Assembly (NCBI GenBank): GCA_023213395.1 | Contig: CM041465.1 | Span: forward strand, 35,905,741 to 35,969,740 | From: Cycas panzhihuaensis | Taxonomy: Eukaryota > Plantae > Cycadophyta | Length of the DNA stretch: 64,000 nt | Direction: 5' to 3' | Part shown: positions 1 to 13,812 of the stretch, piece after piece | Layout of the letters: each line of letters starts with the position of its first letter | How positions within the stretch are numbered: the stretch's first letter is position 1 | Translations under genes and position numbers: made by a program | Notes under the pieces: generated by a model | What the model was told of the DNA's origin: nothing | What the model saw: only the letters and a program-made list of their open reading frames with translations | Databases searched by the model: none

Positions 1-1083
1 TCACTCCAAATGGATGATTTGCAACCCATAAGAGGATCTGCATGTCTATGAGTGAGTTTCATCCTGAAACATGGAATCCCATGTGGTCTCAGATTAATCA
101 TTCTCACAGGACTGCTTTCCTTTATGATGGATAGTAGTCCAACAACTGGTAGTGTCTCAACAATAGTGGTAGAAAAAAGGCGTCTAGCATAAGCTTCTCT
201 TGCATACAACTGTAAGAGTCCAATATTCCAGAAAATGTTTCCAGAATACGCAGAGAAGTATGCAAAACAACAAAAGGTAGAAAAAATGAGCTTGGAACTA
301 CCTTCAAACAAGGGAGATACAAAACTTGTTGCAATGGCTACTCAGGATCAATCTTAGGCCCTAAGAGTCAGGGATAGAGAGATCGAACATATAGGACAGA
401 AACGGAAAGGACTTAATAAAAAGTTCCCAATGTGGCTTCTAATCCTCCTGTTGTCAGCTTTTGGTAGTGTAATGGCTTTGCCATTGCTTAGCCTGGATTT
501 AACTAACCTGTAAAAATTGCTACTGATTTTGTATCATTTATATGCAAGTATTGAAATGTGGTTAAGGGATTGTTCTATTTTATATTGAGTTGAAAGCTCT
601 GGCAATTGGAGTCCTTTTGGTCTGATATTATGCTCTGATACCATGATAGAATAGGCACATGTACATAGTCATAACATCACAGGAACATAAGAGAAACAAA
701 AGAAAGAGACAATGCACATGTACACAGGGTTGACAGGTGGAAAATCCCTTCTGGGGAAGAAAAACCACCTCCTAAGCTAGATTTTATTAATAAATAAATA
801 AAACCAATATACAAAACAACAAACCCCCTGAAACAACTTTTGGCCAGGCATATGGACAGACCTCCTAGACTCCTGAAACTAACTCCATGAATCTAGGAGA
901 TTAATAAATAGGACGGAGGTTCATTGGAATGTGGTTCCGCATTTCAACGACCATCCACAAATCAATTAAATTAAACATAAGTTTATAACATTACAATCAC
1001 TTAAATTATTTTTAAGACATATGACTAAATAATAACATTAAGAAATATAATAAAACATAAAGTTTACATTATTTAATCTAACA
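1..1083 (-). mobile_element. Element K: 5' end of an LTR retrotransposon (probably Copia-type) inserted in gag of element A; continues left of the window
   Basis: GCTCTGATACCA at 632-643 (reverse complement of the tRNA-iMet PBS TGGTATCAGAGC) abuts a TG...CA segment at 644-1083; A gag-like sequence resumes at 1084. No coding domain is visible, so the superfamily is inferred. Confidence 0.75.
644..1083 (-). repeat. 5' LTR of K (~440 bp)
   Basis: On the minus strand it reads TGTTAGA...TCTATCA, immediately followed by the PBS. Confidence 0.75.
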
Positions 1084-3903
1084 TTTTTCAAAGGATACTT
1101 TGAAAAATATGGTGACACATCGAACAACTATTTCTTCAATCAACTCACTAAGTTAAAACAAAGCATATCAATAGAAGCATACAGTGAAAAGTTCCAAGCA
1201 CTCCAAAATCAAGTCACCCAGTAACTTGATTGGCATACCTTGGTTGATATTTATATTTCAAGGTTTAAGGAGTACATCCAAATGCACTTAAAAGCTAGTT
1301 CATTCTACTCCATATAGGACATCATCTCCATTGCTAAAGTAGTTGAAAAGAAGTTTACAATAGAATGTGCCCCCATCTTCAAAAAAGAGTCTAATTAGTC
1401 TTAATGCTCCTATTTTTTATATCAACAATAATAGTTCCCTTAATTAGAAGAAACTCTTCACCCTTACATAGACTTGATTGCAAGACATATCCATGTCCCA
1501 TCTGTAGAAGTAGATCACGAGTTGAAGGCTAGCCTATATATCAAATATTCCAGAAAATGGACCCTAGGCTATACTAAGGTGTGCAAGGCAACATAAATGA
1601 TTTTCATAATTGATTCAGACCTCAAAAGCAAATATAAAATTAAAGAAGAGCTAGTGTAAGATGATGAACTTCTACTAGATTTGTCACCACCTAACCCCTG
1701 CAACAAAATCACCCTATCTATTATTTTCTCTACTTCCCACCTAGAACCACTCTGGGTGAAAGGAACCCTAACAAAAACATTGATTTTAATATAATTGATA
1801 GTGGCGCATCTTTAAATTTCATTGACATCTCCATAGCTTATTAATTAAACCTTTATATTTTTCCCAAACTAGATTTACTTATTTTTTACCTAGCTATTAG
1901 ATATTACATTATACTAGAACAATTAAAAACCTTCATGTCTAAATTAATAATTATTGACTCACTCCAGTTTTTTACACCCTATTAATAAGAGGATCTAATG
2001 CCATTCTTAGAGTCAAATGGCTCCAAACTCTCAAAACATAATATGAACAACTCCCCTAATAATATTTTTATTTTATTTAAAAACCACATCTATTAAATAC
2101 ATAAACTAGGTGGTATCCAATCCCCCCTACAATCGAGCACGGCTATATTATTCGAATCAATAATATCTAACCTAACAATAGCATTCATCCATAATCCATG
2201 ACCTTCTCCATAAATACCAATCCATATTTGCTCCACTTTCTATAACCCCCCTCCCCCTATTAGATCATGGCTTCTATTACTACTCCATTGACCTTGAAAC
2301 CTCTTATAATCCCATCAACCTTTGCCTATATAGAAATTCATATTTTCAAAAGAATAAAATTGAGAAAATCATAAATGAGTTGATGGATATGTGCATCATC
2401 TAGCCTAGAAAAAGCCCCTACATAACACCTATCGTTATGGTTACGAAAAAAATATGGGTCTTTCTAGATCTATGTTGATTATCGTGAACTTAATAAGATC
2501 ATGATTAAGAATAAATTTCCTACACCCTAAATTGATGATATTCTTAATGAGATATATGGGGCCATAAATTTTTCTAAGTTAGACCTCTAATCTGGGTACT
2601 ATCAAATTCCTATCACCTTATAAGATTGCCCTAAAACCATTTTTCACACACCATGGGTACTTTGAATTTCAAGTAATATCTTTCAATGTTTGCAATGCTC
2701 CAACAACATTATAAGCCTTAATCAATAAAATCTTTGTACCATATCTTCAGAAATTTATCATTATTTTTGTTTACAACATCTTTGTATATAGCCTAAATTT
2801 ACAAACTCATCTCTAATATCTAAAGACCATTCTCTAAATCCTCAATCATCATAAACTCTATGCAAAGCTATCCAAATATGAGTTTAGAAAATTTGAGCTT
2901 CAATATTTAGGCCATATCATTTTATCAGATGGAGTCTAAGTTGACCCAAACAAAATTTCTATCACCACCACCTGGCCAAAACCTAAAAATCTCACCCAAC
3001 TCAGAGCTTTCTTAGGTCTCATAGGGTTCTATTACTAACTTATCCAAATCTATGCCTTTTTTACCACCCCGCTAACAAACCTGCTCCAAAAAATACCTTT
3101 CTATGGTCTCTAGAGGTACACTTGGTCTTCAACAACCTTAAGGCTATCATAACTTCTACTCCTATTTTGGCTACCCCTAAATTCTCATAGCCATTCTAAT
3201 TAGAATATAATGCCTTAGTTTCTAGTTTAGGTGTTGTTCTTATGTAAGACATTTATCATATAATATTTGAAAGTAAGAAACTTACAGATCATAAATGTAC
3301 TTATCAACATATTAAAAAGAAATGAAAGTTATATTACATATTGTCAATAACCTGTGCCAATATCTTTTGGGCTCTAAATTCACTATCTTAACTGACCATA
3401 ATAGCCTTCATTGCTTGCTCAACCAACTAACCCTCTTTGAAGAGTAAGCAAAATAGATTAATCACTTGTAAGTACTTAATTTCGAGATCTCATACAAGAA
3501 GGGAACCAAGAATGTTATTGCTAATGTCATCTCTTATCTTCTAATAGAGGTTCCGTTTACAAAACTAGTCATTTATGCAATCTCTATGCCCAAACTGTTA
3601 TGGTTAGTGGACCTAATAATTGAGAAAATTGCATAATTAGATTTTGGCAAATGGGCTTTTAAGGTCCACTCCCAAAAAGGTTGATCTTCACATAACTCCT
3701 AACTATTGTATCAAAATTGTATATTCATCCACCCCACATCATCATTTATCTTAAAAATTTTATCTAAATACTATTACACTCCCTTTAGTGGCTATTGAGG
3801 ATTTGACAAAACATATCATCATATTTAGTTAGATTTTTACTCGCCAAACATAAAAGCCTAAATCCTCTTATTTATCTTTGAATATAATATATGCCAAAGG
3901 AAT
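1084..3903 (+). pseudogene. pol: A gag-pol pseudogene, 5' part: Gag, protease, RT, RNase H, integrase zinc finger
   Basis: IIDSGASLNFID protease motif at ~1790-1826; RT motifs (NKFPTP.IDD, FSKLDL.SGYYQI) at ~2500-2610; many stops and frameshifts. Confidence 0.85.
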
Positions 3904-6900
3904 TATTAAACCATAATCAAGCCCCTTGACTCGATTAAGTTTATAATTAGGTTGCTCATCATATATTATTTGATAATTATTTCTTGTGTATGCATTTAGG
4001 TGTTTGTTTGATATTATGAGAAATCAATGATTGGTTTTTTATTCATCATTTCATGGTTTAGTCATGATTACAAATATATTTGATCTTCTTTTATGTCATT
4101 TTTAGACTATGATATGATGATTAAATGATTGATTATATATGATGATGATATCTATTTACCAATGACTGATACTATGATGCATCTTTTGCCTTCACCTCAA
4201 TGTAAAGCCTATCTTGTCCAAGCCCTCCTTCTGTTATTTGATTTCCTATTTATTATTTCTTTATTTTTTAGTTGATTTTTTAATTTATTTTAACTTTTTT
4301 ATTGTCTTCAAGTTGTAGTGATTCTAATCTTATCAGTGTGTTTTTAGATCTTATATTCTTTGGTAAATTAATTCTTTAAGAAAAATATTTTTATTTTTGT
4401 GTTTTATTTCACTTTTCATAAATTATGTTTTTGGTAAGTCCAAAAATATGACTTTTTTAATAAATATAACCATCATGTTTTATTAAGGAAATCACGTTTT
4501 AACTTTGTTATTTGTAAATTTGACAAAAAAGGCCAATTTTTATGATTTTTTTAATTCTGACAACCTAAAATCAAAGCAATGCATTGCCTTACCTACCTCA
4601 ATCGCCTAAAATTAAAGTAATATGTTGCCTTACCTACCCCAATTGCCTCCTAACCTTCCAAATCGTATCCATACAAAGATTTTATAAATGGAAGTAAGTT
4701 AATCCATGACCAAAAACCATTTCATGTTTTCTCATCTTCATGATTCTTAAGTCTAAAAAACTCCTGATGATCTAGCTAGGCTAAGAGTAGAAGGAGAGTA
4801 TTTGGAGAGTCATGGAAATAGTACTTTTATGATTTTTTCCAAAGTGAAGTCTATGACTTCAAACTTGCCAAAATTCTTTGAGATCTTGCTTATGTTTTCC
4901 TTTATTATTCTAGACTTGATTGGGGATTTGTTTCTATGAGAATCTGTTGGTCCTACTATGAGGAATAAGAAGCTACATTTACCTTATCTCCTATTAAGTT
5001 CTTAGGCCTAATCTCTCACTCATCCATTAAGATCAATCTTATGCAATTTTTACTAGTTTTTATTATGTCTATTATACTCTTTATCAACATCTTTATCATC
5101 ATTCATATTCATTCTTATGGATCCTTAGGCTTGATGGTAGAATGTTGAGCAAAAGCATGGCACTATTATGAGGTATAAACTGCTAGTTTTCATCATTGTT
5201 GATGTAATTTTACTTAGATTAATTGATGTTTTTTTGTTAATACATGGTTTGTTTTCAAGTTTAATAGAGAAAAATACCAAAAATAATACTTTCTTTAATT
5301 CTAACTTTCATTATCTTTGAAATTGAGTGGTTTTGTTGGATTTCTTTTGGTGATAAGACTTATAATTGAATTAGTTTGATTTCTGAGTTTATATCACATT
5401 GATTAAGTTATTAAAAGGTTATTTTCAACAATTGAACTAATTTTAACTCCTAGTTATAATCCTTCCTTAAGTAATTATACCCATCTTATTTGCTCTATCA
5501 CATGAATCTTAACAAGTTTAGCCCTACTAAGGGTTGGTATATTATATCCTAAACTTTTGAGAGGAAATGTGGTAGAAAAGAAAAATGGGTTGTCAAGTAA
5601 GATAGTATTTCTCTTTTACATGAAAAGTTTATTTCAAGTGATATGCTTGCTAGGGTTATCTTGATTTATTTATAAACTTACAAAAGATAAATATTTCTTT
5701 TGAATCAATTATTGCAATACTTGTGTTATATTCTCCTTACCAATTAGCATCATCCCAACACAAAGAGAGATTCGAAGTAACTGAAATAATTTGCTTTTAG
5801 GCTTCATCACAAGTTATACAACTCTTCTCCCAATTTTCATACTTATCTCTTCTTTTCTTATTTTAAGATTTTATAAAGAGGGTAAATAAGAAAAAAAAAA
5901 GTAAAGTGAATATATCTTTTAACTATTAATTGCTTGCTTTATTTATCTTTTCTCATCTTGTTCATATACACAAGAAAATAATAGATTTTAGATGGTTTAA
6001 ACTAGTAGGTCTTGGACTTAGACTTATAATTGCATAATTACTTGTTTCTTTACTTTTCTATCTTCTATTAAGTACACTTGAATGAAGGGAAAAGGAAATA
6101 AAAGAGTAAGTAATAGGATAAATATAAGTACAATTTAGGTAACTAGATCTCTCTTGTCTCTTGTGTTTCTCTTAGTTTATTATAGGATATTTAACAAAAA
6201 TAAAAAGTAAAAAGGAAATGAATTGCATGTTTATATATCATATAGTTCCATCCCTTGTATGTGTGTTCTATGTTATATTCATACAAGTTAAGGGTGCATA
6301 CTAGCTCCTACACATAGATTTGATTTATTGATAATTTGTTTAACTTGAGTAGATTTGGATCTTATTAGAGTGGTATTATAACCACTGATTGATTAATATA
6401 AATATGGTGATATATTGTGCAGATAATCTTGATGTAATATTGTGATATATTGAGTCAATGGATGAAACTTTGAATATTAATTATTCAAGGCACTTATGAT
6501 CTATAAATATAGATCAAAGTCCATTGTATAATATACACAGATTTGTGAAAATATAATGATATAATTTGTGGTGAATTTAAAAAAAAAATGTTCCTATGTT
6601 AAATTTATTTGTCACATGTGCTTGTTCTATTTGAGTCTATTATGTACATAAATTGATCTATCATCTTGTATATATATATTTGATGTTTTCTAATATGGTA
6701 TCAGAGCCACATATTGTAGACAATTAGGCAAATCTTGGGTGAATCTTTTGATCGTTGGTTGCCAAGTCATACTAGCTCACCCTTTGAGGGTCAGCTTATC
6801 TAATAATCAAAAGAATAACCATGGAGGTGTAGTGATCACATGCATATCTTGATGCCTTCTATTTTCTATTTTGTAGGGATTTTATGGTCTTTAGAGGTAT

Positions 6901-9900
6901 ATAGATGAGTAAAAGGTGTTGTTTTGATTTGTGCATGTACCAGTGCCTTTTGTTTCAAATTTATAGCCCCTAGTTACTCAATTGCCAACTGTTGGTATCC
7001 ATTTTGAATCCATTAAAGGTGTTAATTCCATTCATCCTGCATTGCCACTCAATTTACAGTTGAAGAATTTGTGTTACCATATATATTACCTAGTAAGCAG
7101 GTGCAAGCTCATAACCTATTCATTGTGCCATGGGTGTGTTTTGAGGAAGAGCGCATAGGGGATAAGCATAGAGGCACTGCTTGCATCTGCGTAGTGATTG
7201 TTTAACATATGTAGGAATGCATAGAAGCCTTTGTATGCTTTCTACACTTAGTCACTCAACTACAAAAGGAGAATATTATCGAGGTTGGATATTTACAGCC
7301 ATAGTATACAATCCCACACCATGGATGTATGTAGTAGTATACCGCCATCGATGAGAGATTACCATACAAAGATATAGACACATTTCAATAAGGATTGTCA
7401 CAAAGAGAATGTAGTGATGGTGTAGCCGCGTGGAGAGACATGCCAAGACGCAATCCACATAAGGCATAATATGTAGTGCCATGTCTTATTATGGCTAAAA
7501 AAATAACTCCATTACTGATATTGAAGAATACATTAGAGTTGGCTATGTGGAGGAAAATTGAAGTCACATATTCATAAATCCATATTATTACAATAAAATC
7601 AAGTATTTCTTTATTAAATTAATCATCCAAATGATTATATCATTATTAATATTAAATTTACAAATTGATATTTAAGTTGCCCTTTTACAATGTCACATGA
7701 AATATATTTGATCACAACTATTTATTAATCATGACTGTTGATTTTTAATAAATATACATAAAGTTGCCTTTTGATGTTCGTCGTGTGATGATTACATGAT
7801 GATTTTATTCGATCACCCATTTGTATCAATTGCCTATTTAGATTAAGATTGCCTAGTTGAATGTATTAAAATCATATGAGAAATGTTTTTGCCTAAATGA
7901 CATCATTGTTGCCGATTGATATAATGCAATAATTGGTTATTGTGTATTGATATTTAAGGTTTATCAATATATTGATCATAAATATGTGTTATAAAATCAT
8001 CAAATGATAAATATCTTCAATTTGCTTTTTAGAAGGCATGTTGATATATTTAATCAGTGTGTTGACATATAGTTATCACTACTTTATATATTAAATTGCT
8101 TTTGTATCACCTTTTGTCATTTGAATTAAATTAAGTCTTTTTTTTTTTTTTTTAAATATAGATTAATGTTCAGTACAATATTTTGTTCAAGTGGGTACAT
8201 AATGGTGAGTGGTATAAATATATTAAGTTGATGGCAAAGTGAAGAAATTGGGTTTCCTTCATTTTTGTGATCTATTACATGCTTTGATTATTGCAAACAA
8301 CTCCTTTTTGGATGTTAGAGATGTGTATAAGGCAGTGTTTTAGTGGCAAAGTGTGTGAGGCATGTATAGGGCATTGATATGAGATGATAATATGCTCATA
8401 TGATTGCATGAGAGTGTTGGGTGAGTTATCAATAACAGTAAATTATCATTGATTAACAAACGGCAAGATTAATAGGCAGAGGCATATTGGGCATGATTAA
8501 TGGGTGTGTTATCAATGTTAATATAAGTATCATTGATTGATAATAGGGTGAGTTATTTAGAGATATTGAGCTATAAGGTGAAGTATGGTATTGATCATTG
8601 CACATTCATTACAAAGTGTGGTTCATTCATTATTTTTAAAGGTGTGCTTTATTTATCATAAAGTGGTATTTTAATTTAAAGCTATATTAGTATTTTTACA
8701 TTAGATATTTGAGGTGATATGGTTTAGAATTATAGTTTTGTGGCCTATTTGTATAAGTGATTATCGATTTATGGTGGACCGTTATACTTTGGCTGGCTAT
8801 ACTAATTTTAGCATGAGGTATACAACCTATTGGATGTTGGTTCAATATGTATGTATATCTAAACAAGTTTGATGTAGAACTGATAATGTGTTTATGAGGA
8901 AATTGAAGTGTGAATGAAAAGGTGTATAACAAGATGCCTTAAAATTAGTTCTACCTTTTATCATGGTTTAAAACAAGAGTTGGTTGTCCCATGTACCCAA
9001 GTAAGGTTATGTTGTAGATGAAGATTGGTACCTTGATATCTATGGAGGTATTTAGTACATGGTAAGATTGTACCTCATATGTTTTTAGGTAGAAGCTATT
9101 GTGGCAACTGTTTAATAGGTACCTATTGAGGTTGTTTGTGGTATTGCCCTTTTATTGTATTAGACTAGTAAAAAACCTTCTATTGGATATTAAGGTACAA
9201 TGGAGTACACACATCTTAGACATAGATCACAATAGTAGGATCATAAGAGTTTGAAGTATACTTGTATGGAGTTTGAAACAAAGCTTACTAATCATGTGAT
9301 TTATAGGTAGAAAGCATTGTGACTAGTATGTATGTCAATTGGATGAGTTATTAATATATCATGTTGAGGTGTCATTTGAATGTAGGTTTATCCTTCATTT
9401 CTCCCTTTATGAGCCATGGTTCAGCAGGTGTGGAGGTTTGTTTAACTAGCATTATATTTGAGACAAAAGTAGGACCTAATAGGAGTGATGATGAGGAGTC
9501 ATTGCAAGAAGAGGCATAAACTTTCCATGTGTTCCATTATGAACTAAGAGGACTATTGAGGAGTCTATTGTAAAGGTTGAAGACCTAGAGGATGCTTAAA
9601 GAATAAGGATCAACATGCCAGTCAAACTCGTGATAGACATCAACATTCCAGTGAAAGGAGATTTATAATGGAGAGCAATATTAAAGGGGTGTTATGTGGA
9701 TTTTGGGTACATTACCTCCCTCAAAGAACCTAGTTGGTTTGCAAGTTGTGAAACTTATTGTATAGGATTTCAAGTAGGAAAAAGGAATCATTTATAAGGA
9801 GACATTTACACCAATCTCTATGTTGTTATTAGTTTAATTAATCTTTACTTTGGCAGCTATATATAGTTAGGAGTCACATTAGGTCAACACCCATTAATAA

Positions 9901-10782
9901 AGACTTAGATAAGAGATTCACATGGCTCAAGTGGCTCAACCTCTTGGTTTAGTTAAGGAAAATGGCTAAGTATCATGGACTAAGTGTTAGTGTAGAGAGA
10001 GGAGTTGTATGGTTATAAGGACTATTAGAGTTATTTTCAAAGAATCGCATACATATGAAGTATAACAATTACATCTGAGTGTAGATCAAATTAGAGAAGA
10101 TGCATGTTGAGTTTTGTTTAAGTGAAGATCAAATTGAGGATGCATTTACCAAGCTCTTACTAAAATTACTATGTCAACGTTCGTGCAAATTATGAGACTT
10201 AACGAGGTTATCCTTGAGGAGGGATCTATCGACAAGGATAAATCAAGACCCTACATTTATATTAAGAGGGGATGTTAGAGTGGTATTATAACCACCTATC
10301 GACTAACATAAATATGGTGATATATGATATAGATAATCTTGATATAATATTGTGATATATTAAGCCAACAAATGTAACTTTGAATAATTATCATTCAATG
10401 TACTCATGATCTATAAATATAAATCAAAGTCCATTGTATAATACATGTAGATTTGTGAAAATATAATGATATAATCTATGGCAGGTTTTTTCCAAAAGGG
10501 TTCCTACATCAAATCAATTTGTCCTATGTGCTTATTTTGTTTAGGTCTATTGTGTATATAAACGGCATATCATCCTGTCTATATATTTAGTGTTTTCTAA
10601 AGATTTATTTCTCTTATATATATGTAAATAGTTTTTAACCTTGTATTGGTATAATTCCTTTAACTTAGAGCTCACCCACAAGTAGACAAGGACTCCTTTA
10701 CAATAGTTGGTTGAAAATGTTTATTCCTTTAGACTATTCCCTTTAGTCATCCTAAAGCAATTGACTTGAAGTTAGTAAATTA
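3904..10782 (+). repeat. 5' LTR of B, interrupted by element C
   Basis: Long colinear homology with 50170-52339 once C is removed; termini appear decayed to TA...TA. Confidence 0.8.
6363..10601 (+). mobile_element. Element C: Ty1/Copia-derived, strongly degenerate or non-autonomous, inserted in the B 5' LTR
   Basis: LTRs 6363-6695 and 10273-10601; PBS TGGTATCAGAGCC at 6696-6708; PPT AAGAGGGGA at 10264-10272; TSD GATCT/GATTT; RNase H tail VEFCLSEDQIEDAFTKLL at ~10105-10160. Confidence 0.9.
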
Positions 10783-10787
10783 TTTTC

Positions 10788-10805
10788 TAGCAACCTTGTT
10801 GAGGA
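10788..10805 (+). promoter_or_regulatory. Decayed PBS of B, tRNA-Arg/Ogre-like
   Basis: TAGCAACCTTGTTGAGGA lies 5 nt after the LTR end and differs from TGGCGACTCCGCTGGGGA only by transitions. Confidence 0.55.
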
Positions 10806-13800
10806 AGTTACTAAAACTTCCTATTTATATGCCTTAGACTCACAACCTTTATTTTTATTTGGGAATATTTTGAAATATATTTTTCATTTACTTTAATCTA
10901 TCTTAGGCTTTCATTTCTATTTTTAATATATATATTCTAATGGAGATTCCTCCTTATACTCATCCCAAGAGATCTTTGAGGCAATAGGGCTCCCTCTGGA
11001 GTATCATTACTATTAAGCATATGTGACCTAATAGGATTATCCAACTTATGAATATTATTTTGAATACCAAGCATATAAAACTCACCTTTATCCTCTTGAG
11101 GAACTTGATGATTTATATGAAGTCCCTATTGAATAAGATTATCTTGAATTACCTCAAGTACATATAGGCAATTCATCTCTTCTTACTTATTCTACCATGC
11201 AAGAAGAGGTCAAGTCACTCATATTACCCATTCTTACTTTAAACTTATGCTTACTAGAGTTTCCTCTCCTATACATATCCCTAGTTACCAAGAATTGTTC
11301 CATCAAGATACTCATACTATGCTTATATCCTCACATCTAACCCTTGAACAACTCAGTCCTCTTGTACAAGAACATTAATCTTTATAAGATGACCCTTCTC
11401 ATATGACAAATGTTCCATATTCTTCCATCCCTTCTCATTTGCCTATTCCCAAGGCATCTCCTATCCTACTTAATGAGGTAGGGGATATTAAATCAATTAA
11501 TTCATAATCTCATGTACTAATTCATCCTATACAAGAAGGAACTCAAATTCCTCATATCCCCTAAGTTCCCTATGATGTCCATCCAGAGAGTTCCACTTAA
11601 GAGCATCATCTTACCTTGTGAAATCCATAGTAGGCTTCTACCTCTTATCAATTAAGTAAAGGACCCTCTCTTATTCATAAATACAAGTATCCTTATTCTA
11701 GTTTACATGCCCTACTATCTGGTAGGCCTATCCCTTCTCATGATATTTCTATTCCTAGTAAAAGAAATCCCTAACCTTTTCCCTATCAAAATACTATATA
11801 TAATATGAGATCCCTTTCTCCCCCTTCTCATAAGGGACCTATGCCTTCTACATCTCCATATCCTTCATATGATACTGAAGGTTGTCATCCACATGTTACC
11901 TTTGATCAATATACTCATTAGCAACAAACCTTTAGGCCTGTAAGGTAACCTACATACTCCTTCACTCCTAGACCTTATAATCCTTACCCATCTTATCCCC
12001 AATATATAATACCTCCTCTTTAATATAACTTTTTAATTTTGTAATGTCTTATTCTACAAATAAGCACTAACTTAAACCCTATTGCATGGTTTACTCCTGC
12101 TTATCATCTACCTCTTTGTCCCTCTCATTATAATCATCCCCCACTTAGAACTTCCATATCTTATCAACAATCCCCTCTTCAATCCCCTTCTACATTGAGG
12201 CTTAAGAGACCTTTTCTGGATTATATGAGTTCCTCCTTTCCTCTATGCCCACTATTTCTACCTAAATTACCAAAGTTTTAAGGTGAGAATTCCAAAGATC
12301 CTACCTCACACATATAAGCTTTTGTACTTATATGTACTAATTTTCTTCTATATAACTATGTTATGATATAGTTGTTTCCCAAATCACGTTAAGGCAATGC
12401 ATTGAAGTGGTTTTTCCATCTCCCTTCTACTTCTATATTTTCATTTCAATAATTAGTTATTTCCTTTAGTAACTATTTTAATGTTACTAGGCCTTTTGAA
12501 ATTGGGATTAAGTCTTTATTATTAATTAAGTAGAATCATGACAAGTCATCTTATGATTTTGTTAGAAGATTCTAAGATCTAGTACATGCTTATCATTCCC
12601 CTCTTGAATTGAGCCTTCTCTTTGACCTCTTTACTAATGTCCTAAGACCTCACATACATTTAGAAGTTCTAAAGCTTGGTCCCCAATCTTATAAAGATTC
12701 CATAGGTAAATATATGGCTCTTGAATCCTTTGAGATCCAAGTTGGTATTAGGAAGATTAGTAAGCCTACACTAACAAAAGAGTCCACCCATCAGATTAAG
12801 CCTAATCATAGTGACCAAACATACAACCACCTTACCTGTTATATTAAGGAACTTGAGTGCACCGTAAACACTAAATTACACATTGAAAATGCTTTTACTA
12901 ATGAACCAAAATAAGAAGCTAAGATTATTCACTTTACTAAAAGGAAAAAATATCAAAATCCTCCTCCTCCTTTAGTAATGAAGACTCCTCAATGTTTATA
13001 TAATCAAACCAATAGTCATGATAAGAGCTGGTGTTGCGTAATCTAAGCTATGAGTCGAAAGATTCAAACTCTTAATAGTTCAACATTAAAACTAAATTAA
13101 GAGCAACTAATTCATAAGGATCCATTGCCCTAGCATGACACTAAATATATTAAAGATAAGTTTAAGTGATGATGAGAGTCCATGCTCTAATTTAAATAAA
13201 AAACATACCTCCTTGCCTCGTATGAGTAATAAATGAACTAATAATCAGAATGGACTACCTCCTAAGAGAGGTGAAATTAAGAGCATGATTAATATAGTCA
13301 AGGTTATAAGGAACCCAGGTATGACCAAATCCTTTAACGATTTGCCCATTAAGAATCCTGATTTTTGCCACTTATTCCTCCTTAACTTATTTATTTTAGG
13401 TCAATTCCTTTCACATTAAAGGATGGATACTTTTCTTTGGTCGATGAATTAAAAACCATCCTAGCTAGTATTTTAGTAATGGACTTATTGAGGAGTTGCC
13501 CTAAGTAATGCCAACTTATACTGAATGCTTTAAGGTTTTTAATCCCTAACTCCCTATTGAGCCTTACTCTCTTGTTCAATTTGTTTACCTTACCTAGTCA
13601 ACCAAAGTGTAGCCTTAATAACATTCCTTTATTTTTATATTGAAATATGTAAAGATGACATCAACATTCAATGAGTTATTACTGATGAAGACTTACTAGT
13701 GAATGTAATTCCTCTTTGTCTTGTTGAATATTTAAAAATTATTACTTTTGAGCTTTGTGAATAAATATGTCAAGGATATGATAAAAACAAAAAGACTCCT

Positions 13801-13812
13801 CTTGGTCAAATT

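Noticed and set aside
632-643. tRNA genes at TGGTATCAGAGC matches (also 6696, 17872, 22524, 48441, 49132, 49764)
   Set aside because: Only 12-13-nt complements of the tRNA-iMet 3' end adjacent to LTRs, i.e. primer-binding sites.
122-9000. Short 60-80 aa ORFs (122-334, 7276-7567, 8696-8932)
   Set aside because: No recognisable motifs; they lie inside TE interiors and are of a length expected by chance.
10075-10150. Apparent duplication AGTG.AGATCAAATT..AG.A.GATGCAT in C
   Set aside because: Read in frame it fits a single Copia RNase H tail (YI*V*IKLEKMHVEFCLSEDQIEDAFTK); no duplication is needed.
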